Below are positions 6,699 to 13,944 of a stretch of 32,000 bases of DNA, in pieces (positions within the stretch are counted from its first letter, which is position 1; each line of letters opens with the position of its first letter). Position numbers and translations under genes: made by a program. Under the pieces are notes generated by a model that was not told the DNA's origin, did no database searches, and saw only the letters and a list, made by a program, of their open reading frames with translations. The stretch is taken from assembly GCA_965261025.1 (NCBI GenBank), contig OZ253438.1, positions 330,001-362,000 on the forward strand, read 5' to 3'. Source of the DNA: Chlamydiales bacterium. GTDB lineage: Bacteria > Chlamydiota > Chlamydiia > Chlamydiales > SM23-39.

Positions 6699-7514
6699 AT
6701 GAGTTCTTGTATTCAAAATATTGAATCTTTTTCCTCTAGCAGCTCTTCCGTAGATAATTTGGGAGGGCCAAAGACAGTTACGACAGCTTTAGTTCAATTT
6801 AGGTCTTCTATATTTTACTTGAAAAATCAGATAGAAAGATTAGAGCATAGTAACTGGTTTTATTGTTCTAAAAAGGTAACTAGCATCTGCAGCAAAGGTG
6901 CTTTAGTAGCGCTTCCTTTTTCTATTGTCTTAGATATTTTTCTAGACTGCTTAAAGATAGTAGCTTATTTTTTTCTTCAGCTAGTTTTTGCCTTTACCCT
7001 ATTGGGGTATACTATAAAAGATTGGTTAGGGGATAGGGGATTTTTTGAAAAAGGGGCCATTAGGGATTTAAAAGATGAAATAGCAAAATTATCAAGATAC
7101 TTTGAGTCTATGGAAGACAATTCTTCAGATTTTGAGATACAGAGCGGACAAAAAATCCTCAAGCAGTATGAGAAATTAGAGCAGATGTATGAACCTTTCC
7201 CAAGCCTTTTTACTTTTATAGAAGAAAATAGCTCACCTGGCTTTAAAAATCTTATAGAGGATTGTTTAAAAAGTAGCTATCTGGCCCGCTTCTCTGATAA
7301 GGTAGCCTCAAGCCTTCAAGACAACAAGAAAACACCTTTTGATTTAGCTACTATTTTCCTACGAATTCTAGATGGACAAAAACGCCTTTTTTCTTCTTCT
7401 GCGGGTTTACCGGAGATTGTTACTTTTTATCTTAACGAAAAGATCCTTCCTCAAGCTATTCTAAATACCGATTCAGCTAGGGGAAAAATAGCAACTTTAC
7501 AATCAATTAGATAA
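6699..7514 (+). CDS. Inc-like membrane protein (bilobed hydrophobic hairpin)
   Basis: 271 aa. A Ser-rich N-terminus (SSSSSSVDNLGG) is followed by a roughly 40-aa hydrophobic stretch split by a short polar turn (GALVALPFSIVLDIFLDCLKIVAYFFLQLVFAFTLLGYTI). The rest is soluble and helical. This is the classical Inc architecture. Confidence 0.55.
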   Translation: MSSCIQNIESFSSSSSSVDNLGGPKTVTTALVQFRSSIFYLKNQIERLEHSNWFYCSKKVTSICSKGALVALPFSIVLDIFLDCLKIVAYFFLQLVFAFTLLGYTIKDWLGDRGFFEKGAIRDLKDEIAKLSRYFESMEDNSSDFEIQSGQKILKQYEKLEQMYEPFPSLFTFIEENSSPGFKNLIEDCLKSSYLARFSDKVASSLQDNKKTPFDLATIFLRILDGQKRLFSSSAGLPEIVTFYLNEKILPQAILNTDSARGKIATLQSIR

Positions 7515-8111
7515 AATCGGGCATAGCTTATCTAAGACATCGGTAAGGACCTTTAAAGGTTTTTGATCCGCATTAAATTTAGAAATCGTATTTTTGGGGT
7601 AAAAAGAAAGTACGTCTTTACTCTCTTTTTCGTAAATATCCATGCGTACTTTCAAGACCTTGGGGTCTTTATCATCTGCTCTTTTTTCTATTACAGCCCT
7701 TCTTTGGATTCTTTTTATTAGCTCTTTTTGATTCGGTGTGTGTAAAAGGATAATATGCGCTACTTGGATGTAGGGACTCATTAGCTCGGCCTGTTTTTTT
7801 GTTCTTGGGATTCCGTCTAGTAAGAGAAGTTGTTGAGAGGGAAAATAGCGGTTTGTAGCTATAAGCCCTTCCACATATTTATGCCAAATTTCAACGGTTA
7901 CTTTATCAGGAAGAAGCTTACCCTTAGATGCATAGCTATGGTAAAGTTTGCCTGCTGGAGACTCTAAGGAAATCCCTCGAAAAACATCTCCAGAAGAGAG
8001 GTGGAAGTGGTTGCCTGCACCGCTTAAAAACTTCCCTAAGGTTCCCTTTCCCGTTCCGGGAGGGCCGAAAATTAGCACTGACCGGTAGAGTTTTTCTACT
8101 TTTTTTTCCAT
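7503..8111 (-). CDS. Adenylate kinase family NMP kinase, short-LID (AK1 / UMP-CMP kinase-like) type
   Basis: It has the P-loop IFGPPGTGKGT, SSGDVFR, LLLDGIPRTKKQAE (compare LDGFPRT) and a short lid segment, RRAVIEKRADDKDPKVLKVRMDIY. Confidence 0.75.
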   Translation of the reverse strand: MEKKVEKLYRSVLIFGPPGTGKGTLGKFLSGAGNHFHLSSGDVFRGISLESPAGKLYHSYASKGKLLPDKVTVEIWHKYVEGLIATNRYFPSQQLLLLDGIPRTKKQAELMSPYIQVAHIILLHTPNQKELIKRIQRRAVIEKRADDKDPKVLKVRMDIYEKESKDVLSFYPKNTISKFNADQKPLKVLTDVLDKLCPILSN

Positions 8112-8204
8112 GTTTTTGGTTTAACAAAAAGGGAATTAGGCTGCAAGATTTATATAACTATCTTATTTTAAGTAAATTGCAATTTTTCCTGTCAAAGACT
8201 TTTC

Positions 8205-8233
8205 TTGACAAATTTTCAGAGATCTGCTAAAAT
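8205..8233 (+). promoter_or_regulatory. Sigma70-type promoter (TTGACA-17-TAAAAT)
   Basis: -35 is at 8205..8210 and -10 at 8228..8233, 24 nt before the 8258 ATG. TGTCAA at 8190..8195 supplies a mirrored TTGACA on the minus strand facing the kinase gene. Confidence 0.5.
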
Positions 8234-8257
8234 AGTTTTCTAAAGTGGCGGTTTACT

Positions 8258-9019
8258 ATGTCAGAGGAAAATAAAATTGTTATACCTGGTTTTGCGCAGG
8301 ACATGGAGGGGAAAGTCTATTCCCTAGTTGTTGAGCAGGCGGGAGAAAAAATAAGCGCTTTACCCGATGCTTTGGTAAAAGAGGTACAAAGCGTTGCCTT
8401 TTCCGTTTTTGCAAGCCTTCAGCAGTCTTTTTCCTTAGAAGAGCTAACACAGAGTAAGCTCTCTTTAGAAGGGAGAACAGTAACCTTGACCTCTTTAAAT
8501 GCAGCGCAAAGAATAAGGAATATTTCTGAAAAACTTTTAGTCCCTCATCAAACTTTGCAAGACCAAACACAACAGAGAGTTTCTGCTCTTTGCTTGTCCA
8601 AAATACGAACTGTTTTTGAAGCTTTTAACTCCATTTCAGAGCTTATTTCTCACCACGAATATGTACATATTTCATCTGAGGTAAGGCTTTCTTTACCCCC
8701 CCTCTTTTTAAAAAGACAAGATAGCAAAGGAAAGATTTCTGCTTTAAAAGCACAAGGAGACCAGAAATCTAAGGGAATAGAGAAAGACAATAAGGGGGGC
8801 CGTGCTTTCTTGGAGGCGCCTGAAGAAAAAACGTTTCTTTCCTCGAAAAAAAAGTCTTTAGAGCCTACTTTTCAAACTCCTGAATTAAAGGAAGAATTCG
8901 AGAGTTTCTCAGAAGAGCAAAAGAGCCTTTTTATACGGTTTATCCAGCCTACCGAAGGCCCTCTTTTGGAAGTTACGGCAGAACATTTGAAAGCTTTCCA
9001 GGCTATACAAGCTCTTTAG
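8258..9019 (+). CDS. Hypothetical soluble protein
   Basis: 253 aa. It has no TM segment and no recognisable motif, and its own promoter-like signal lies upstream. Confidence 0.5.
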   Translation: MSEENKIVIPGFAQDMEGKVYSLVVEQAGEKISALPDALVKEVQSVAFSVFASLQQSFSLEELTQSKLSLEGRTVTLTSLNAAQRIRNISEKLLVPHQTLQDQTQQRVSALCLSKIRTVFEAFNSISELISHHEYVHISSEVRLSLPPLFLKRQDSKGKISALKAQGDQKSKGIEKDNKGGRAFLEAPEEKTFLSSKKKSLEPTFQTPELKEEFESFSEEQKSLFIRFIQPTEGPLLEVTAEHLKAFQAIQAL

Positions 9020-9083
9020 ATTGTAAAAACAACAGAGTTTTTTTATATCCTATGCAATTTAGCCCCAAGTTTTGTTGTTTTGA

Positions 9084-9104
9084 AGGGCTTTTGCCTTATT
9101 TTTT
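9084..9104 (+). terminator. Weak intrinsic terminator candidate
   Basis: AGGGC-TTTT-GCCTT is followed by ATTTTTT, about 65 nt after the 9019 stop. Confidence 0.3.
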
Positions 9105-9254
9105 CTGTTTCTTTTGCTTTTTCTAACCAATTTCCTTACAGATAAAGAGTTGGACTTTTTTAAGCTATTGTTTTTTAGATAGATAAAAACAAATCTCTCA
9201 AAATTAATGCAATTAATTATTCTTTATAATAACAAATTAATTTTTATATAAATA

Positions 9255-9283
9255 TTGATTTTTTTAATGAATTATGTTATAAT
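9255..9283 (+). promoter_or_regulatory. Sigma70-type promoter with extended -10 (TTGATT-17-TGtTATAAT)
   Basis: -35 is at 9255..9260 and TGt plus TATAAT at 9275..9283. It sits in a nearly pure A/T island and ends 34 nt upstream of the 9318 ATG. Confidence 0.5.
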
Positions 9284-9317
9284 AACTTACTTAATATAAT
9301 AAAGTTAATGTGAAAAT

Positions 9318-10643
9318 ATGAAAGTCTTATTGCAGACCAGTTCTATTCAAGTTGCCTTCACAGGAAGGGAGAATCTATCTCCTGCCTTATCTGCAGAAAA
9401 AAGAGAGGTTTTTCAAAAGATTTTTGCTTCCTTGATGTTGCAAAAAGGATTAAAAGGGAATGAGGGGTATAGCGCTTCATATTTTCCCGCAGAAAAAAAA
9501 GTGATCTTTCTTTCAAAAAAAGGAGAGAGCCTGGAGGCTTATTTATCTTTCAAGCAGATTAGGGAAGTGGAATATTTCGAATCCAAAAAAGAAAGATATC
9601 TAAATAAAATAAAGAAACAAGTAGTCAAAATTTCAGAAGACACAGCGAATAAAACAGAGCTTCTTTTTTCTAAAAGAAATAAAGTAACCTTAAGAGGGCG
9701 TATTTCTCAAGGGATTACGACTTTTTCGATAATGAGCACCTGGGCTCGTTTTGTAGATGCCATAGTAAGTTGGAGAAAAAATGCTTCTTCTTCTATGAAT
9801 TTGGCCTTTTCAGAAGCATTGAGTTCTATTAGTTCTGTGGTTTATCTATGGTCTTTAATAGATTCCTCCAATAGCTATAAAAGCAGCAGGAAAGAAAAGG
9901 ATGAAGAAGGGGCTTCTGATGCCTTTAGAACCGGTGTCCGTACTAGCTTTTCTCTAACAGGATATGCTCTCGGTATTACTTCCAAAGCTCTGGCAAATAA
10001 GGAAGTTCATTCTTCTTGGCTTACAGGATTTATATCTTCCAGAATTTTTGATCTCGCTTCTATCTTGGGGCTTATCATCTCTGTACAAAGAATGATCCGT
10101 TCTTTGCGTTTTTTGCACAATATAAACCAGTATTGGGAAAACAGCTCTTTATCGGAAGAGGAAAGGACGTTGGGAATACTCCGATTTTTTTATGAATCTA
10201 CTCATTTAACCGAAGAGGAAAAAAAAGAAGGGAAAAGCTTAGAAGGAAAATTGAAAAAATTTCATAGAAGAATAGGGAATAAAAGCTTTGAAGTCTTAAT
10301 GAAGGGGGATACTTTCGAGAAGCTTTTGAGATTGAATGATCCAGATCTTGAGTTAGAAGAGAAAAAGAAGCTTTTAGAAGAGGCAAAAATTGTTATTGAA
10401 ACAGTAAGAAAAGAAAGTGAAAAAAAGGTTATCAGTTATGTGGCTTTATTTTTTGCATCCCTTTTAGGATTGGTAGCTTCTGTTATTAGCTATGTATATG
10501 GGGTTTGTCTTGCCCTACACATTTTAAAGATGTTTACAGCCTTTATTTGGTTTATTTATATGAATTATATGGCAGTTCTCTATTTTAAGTATCGTCCTGA
10601 TGATGGATATGATCTGGCTTCTCAAAAAATGAGGTACTTTTAA
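9318..10643 (+). CDS. Membrane protein, paralog 1 of a tandem pair (C-terminal bilobed hydrophobic hairpin)
   Basis: 441 aa. Blocks shared with the next gene are VHSSW...ASILGLIISVQRMIRSLRF, SEEERTLGILRFFYESTHLTEEEKKEG and IGNKSF. The C-terminal hydrophobic domain of about 50 aa is VISYVALFFASLLGLVASVISYVYGVCLALHILKMFTAFIWFIYMNYMAVLYF. Confidence 0.6.
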   Translation: MKVLLQTSSIQVAFTGRENLSPALSAEKREVFQKIFASLMLQKGLKGNEGYSASYFPAEKKVIFLSKKGESLEAYLSFKQIREVEYFESKKERYLNKIKKQVVKISEDTANKTELLFSKRNKVTLRGRISQGITTFSIMSTWARFVDAIVSWRKNASSSMNLAFSEALSSISSVVYLWSLIDSSNSYKSSRKEKDEEGASDAFRTGVRTSFSLTGYALGITSKALANKEVHSSWLTGFISSRIFDLASILGLIISVQRMIRSLRFLHNINQYWENSSLSEEERTLGILRFFYESTHLTEEEKKEGKSLEGKLKKFHRRIGNKSFEVLMKGDTFEKLLRLNDPDLELEEKKKLLEEAKIVIETVRKESEKKVISYVALFFASLLGLVASVISYVYGVCLALHILKMFTAFIWFIYMNYMAVLYFKYRPDDGYDLASQKMRYF

Positions 10644-12028
10644 TGATAAAAATAGAGAATATCCAAGGTAGTTTATCAAGCTCTTACGGAACTATTTCTG
10701 TAAATAAGCTTCCCAAGGCATATTTAGACCAATTAGTGGATTTGGTAGGTAAAACAATTTTTGAAAAAAAGCATGATATCTCCAAAATTACTAGTATTTC
10801 TTTAGAGGAAAAAGGGGTCAGTTTTACTTTATCCAGTCATAAGTATTATGAGAAACTTCCCTCAAAACATTCCATATGGGAGAAAATAGATATTTTCCAT
10901 AGGAGAATTCAGCAAAAAACTACGATGGAAGAAGACCCTGGTTTATTGGGATATCAGAAAAATTTAAAAGAGATAGTTCCCAAATACCAAGAAAGGAATC
11001 TCGATTTTTTAAGAGTAAATTTAGGAGTTTCCCTAAAAGAAGCCTCTCAAGGGAATTGGTGGAGTAGTCTTTTTAGAGGCGTTAAAGGCCTTTTAGAGAA
11101 TTTTTCAGGGAAAAAAGAAGTGGAAGAAGCGGGTACACTTTCTGATCCAGAAAGATTGAGAGGGGCTTATATGGATTTTGCTTCCAGTAACCTTGCTTAC
11201 CTGGGATATGCCTGTTTGGCTGCAGAACCTATACTTCAGCTAGTCCATTCTGGAGAGTGGTATCGGATAGCTACCTTTTCTCAAGGTTTTTCGATTTTTT
11301 CTGGGGCTTCTTCGATTCTTGTAGCAATTTCTTCTTCTTACAGACTTTATAAGAGCTATTCTTTTCGTGCTCAGATGGATCAGATTTTTTCTAATGCCAA
11401 AGGAGCTCTTAAGCTTTCAGAAAAAGAAAAAGCCCTTGGAGTCTTAAGATTCCTTCATGATCAAATTTATCTCACCCAGGAAGAAGAGTTAGAAATAGAA
11501 AAAGAATTAGAAGGAAAAGGCCTTTCAACCGAGGAAAAAAAAGGGACAAAGCAGCTTTTAATTTCCAAGGCTCTTCGAAGAAAGGTATTTCACTTTTGTC
11601 AAAAAATGGGAAGTAAAGCTTTTTATCAGACTATAAAGGAGATAAAAAGATTAGAACAAAAAGTTTTATCCGATGAAGAAAATGCTATTCAAGAAGTTAA
11701 AGATCTGGTCAACTTGCTAAAAGAGGAAAATGATAAGAAATGCCTGTGCCATGTCCTTATTTTGCTTGCAGCTGTTATTGGCATATTTACTACACTAATA
11801 GTAAACGTAGCAGGGGTTGGAATTCCTTTTTTACTGGTAGAGATTTTAAGCGTGATTTCTTTGAGTTTATCTGCTTTAACCTTTGTCATGACCTATATAC
11901 AACAAAAACAGATGAGATCTATTATTGAAGAAGATTGGAAAAATGCCTTTTTAAGTAGGCCCATTTTTAGGGTAGATATAACCCATTTGCGGCGAATAAT
12001 TGAAGCGCAGAACCCAAAGGTAGAGTGA
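10643..12028 (+). CDS. Membrane protein, paralog 2 of the tandem pair
   Basis: 461 aa. Its ATG overlaps the upstream TAA (TAATG). The matching blocks are VHSGEW...ASSILVAISSSYRLYKSYSF, SEKEKALGVLRFLHDQIYLTQEEELE and MGSKAF. The C-terminal hairpin is CLCHVLILLAAVIGIFTTLIVNVAGVGIPFLLVEILSVISLSLSALTFVMTYI. Confidence 0.6.
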   Translation: MIKIENIQGSLSSSYGTISVNKLPKAYLDQLVDLVGKTIFEKKHDISKITSISLEEKGVSFTLSSHKYYEKLPSKHSIWEKIDIFHRRIQQKTTMEEDPGLLGYQKNLKEIVPKYQERNLDFLRVNLGVSLKEASQGNWWSSLFRGVKGLLENFSGKKEVEEAGTLSDPERLRGAYMDFASSNLAYLGYACLAAEPILQLVHSGEWYRIATFSQGFSIFSGASSILVAISSSYRLYKSYSFRAQMDQIFSNAKGALKLSEKEKALGVLRFLHDQIYLTQEEELEIEKELEGKGLSTEEKKGTKQLLISKALRRKVFHFCQKMGSKAFYQTIKEIKRLEQKVLSDEENAIQEVKDLVNLLKEENDKKCLCHVLILLAAVIGIFTTLIVNVAGVGIPFLLVEILSVISLSLSALTFVMTYIQQKQMRSIIEEDWKNAFLSRPIFRVDITHLRRIIEAQNPKVE

Positions 12029-12885
12029 ATCAGGATTTTCTAAAACATTTTTTGCTTCACTTAAAAGTAGAAAAAAATTTTTCTTCTCACACAGTCGAAG
12101 CCTATCGAAGGGATATTCTGGATTTTCTTACCTTTTTCCAGGAAGTACAAAGGCCTTTAGATACGGAGAGCTTTTTATCTTATCTAGTCTTTTTACAAGA
12201 GAAAAGGTACAAAGCCTCTTCTATTTATCGAAAAGTTATGTCCATAAAATCGTTCTTTCGGTTTTTAAAGCAGGAAGGACATATAAAAGAAGAGCTCCTT
12301 TTCTGGGATACGCCTAAATTATGGCAGCTGATACCAGAGGTCCTATCTGTCGAGGAAGTGGAAGCTCTTTTGAGGGCCCCTTCTACAGATTCTTTTTTAG
12401 GATCTAGAGATAAGGCCATTTTTGAACTGCTCTATGCAACAGGAATTCGTGTTTCGGAATGTTGTAATTTAAAAATAAAGGATGTTGAAGATTCTTTTAT
12501 TAAAGTTTTTGGTAAGGGAAAAAAGGAAAGGATTATCCCTATTGGAGAAAAGGCTATCTACGCTTTAGATCAGTATTTACGTTATGTAGAAAAAGGCTTA
12601 AAAGAAGGATATCTTTTTCTCTCTAACAAGGGTAAAAAATTGCGGAGAGAAACAGTTTTTTTACGAGTTCGATTTTATGCGAAGAAGGCAGGAATCTGTA
12701 AGAAAGTATCTCCTCATACTTTAAGACATTGTTTTGCAACACATCTTTTGGAAAATGGGGCAGACCTTCGTTTAATTCAAGAGATGTTAGGGCATGAAAG
12801 TATCTCTACTACAGATAGATATACCCAGGTTTCTCAAAATGTCTTGCAAAATTCTTTTAAAAAATTTCATCCTAAATTTGAATAA
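12025..12885 (+). CDS. xerD: Tyrosine site-specific recombinase XerC/XerD
   Basis: The N-terminal SAM-like domain is FLLHLKVEKNFSSHTVEAYRRDILDF. Catalytic blocks are ATGIRVSE, HTLRHCFATHLLENGADLRLIQEMLGHESISTTDRYTQV. The GTG start overlaps the upstream TGA (GTGA), and there is no in-frame ATG before residue 72. I cannot separate XerC from XerD by eye. Confidence 0.85.
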   Translation: MNQDFLKHFLLHLKVEKNFSSHTVEAYRRDILDFLTFFQEVQRPLDTESFLSYLVFLQEKRYKASSIYRKVMSIKSFFRFLKQEGHIKEELLFWDTPKLWQLIPEVLSVEEVEALLRAPSTDSFLGSRDKAIFELLYATGIRVSECCNLKIKDVEDSFIKVFGKGKKERIIPIGEKAIYALDQYLRYVEKGLKEGYLFLSNKGKKLRRETVFLRVRFYAKKAGICKKVSPHTLRHCFATHLLENGADLRLIQEMLGHESISTTDRYTQVSQNVLQNSFKKFHPKFE

Positions 12886-12947
12886 TGTTTTTTATTTAAA
12901 AAATAAAGCGTTTAATTAAAATATCTTTTTATATAAAATGTAAATGA

Positions 12948-13853
12948 ATGCATTCATTTTTGTTGAATAAATTAAATCTTCTTTTTAGAAAGAATCCTAG
13001 AAACCTAGCCATTTTGTTGGGAGCTTTGGGGAGTTTTTTCTTTGTTTGTGGAATGAGCTTTTCCAAGCAGGTATCCCCTGGGATTTCGAGTTGGACTTTG
13101 GTTTTTTTTCGTAGTGTTTTTAGTCTTTTATTTTTTCTTCCTTTTTTTTGGAAAAACCGGCCTTTTTTAAAAAAACCCCAGAATAAAAAACTTCATCTTA
13201 TACGGGTTATTTTAGCCAATATTTCGATTGCTTGTACTTATTACACTTATAGGAATATCCCCATGGCAACTTCTGCTTGTGTTGGGTATACAGCCCCTTT
13301 ATTCACCTGTATTTTTGCCTTATTTCTCTTGAAGGAAAGGATTTTTTGGTATCAATGGATTGCTATTTGTTTAGGATACCTGGGGGTATTTATTATTTTT
13401 GAGCCGCAGGTAAATCCCTCTTTAGTCTTTGCTATAGCTCTTCTGGGGAACATGTCTGCTAGTTTATCCATTATTGCTACAAAAAAACTTTCTTCTAGTG
13501 AATCTAGGTGGACTCTTCTTTTTTTCTCTTCTATTACGGCATTTTTTTTGTCAGGAATTATTTCCTCTTTTTCCTGGACTACCCCTTCTCAAAAAGATTT
13601 CTTTTATCTGGTTTTATTGGCTATTTTTGTTTCCCTTTCTAATCTTTGCTATATATCAGCCCTAAAGTTAGGAAAAGCCTCTCTTTTAGCTTCTTTGGGT
13701 TATTTAAGACTTCTTTTTGCCCTCTTTACAGGAACTCTATTTTTTCAAGAAATGCCCTCAAAAGCTACCTGGATGGGGGGAGCTTTAATTGTTTTTGCCA
13801 CCTATTGGGCTACGAAGGAAAAGAAAAAGGAAAAATTTTCTATCCAAAGATAG
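12948..13853 (+). CDS. EamA/DMT-family transporter
   Basis: 301 aa with about 10 hydrophobic helices in two similar halves. It has typical DMT strings (YYTYRNIPMATSACVGYTAPLFTCIFALFLLKERI; ALKLGKASLLASLGYLRLLFALFTGTLFFQE). Confidence 0.7.
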   Translation: MHSFLLNKLNLLFRKNPRNLAILLGALGSFFFVCGMSFSKQVSPGISSWTLVFFRSVFSLLFFLPFFWKNRPFLKKPQNKKLHLIRVILANISIACTYYTYRNIPMATSACVGYTAPLFTCIFALFLLKERIFWYQWIAICLGYLGVFIIFEPQVNPSLVFAIALLGNMSASLSIIATKKLSSSESRWTLLFFSSITAFFLSGIISSFSWTTPSQKDFFYLVLLAIFVSLSNLCYISALKLGKASLLASLGYLRLLFALFTGTLFFQEMPSKATWMGGALIVFATYWATKEKKKEKFSIQR

Positions 13854-13944
13854 TATTTAATAAAGATTTTTCTTGATTCAAGAGATTTTAAGTTTCAATC
13901 CCCTTCACAGGGTAGGAATTCTATCTTTAGCCCTTCCTTAGAAT

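Noticed and set aside
8258-9019. Weak N-terminal similarity between the 253-aa protein (SKLSLEGRTVTLTSL) and the paralogs (SISLEEKGVSFTLSS; FLSKKGESLEAYLSF)
   Set aside because: The match is short, of low information content and not supported by further colinear blocks. It is insufficient to claim homology without a profile comparison.
9241-12938. Shared 12-mer TTTTTATATAAA flanking the paralog-pair/xerD block (9241..9252 and 12927..12938) as possible att sites of an integrative element
   Set aside because: It is pure A/T sequence inside A/T islands, so a chance match is likely. The recombinase has canonical XerC/D features rather than phage-integrase features, and no other mobile-element genes are present.
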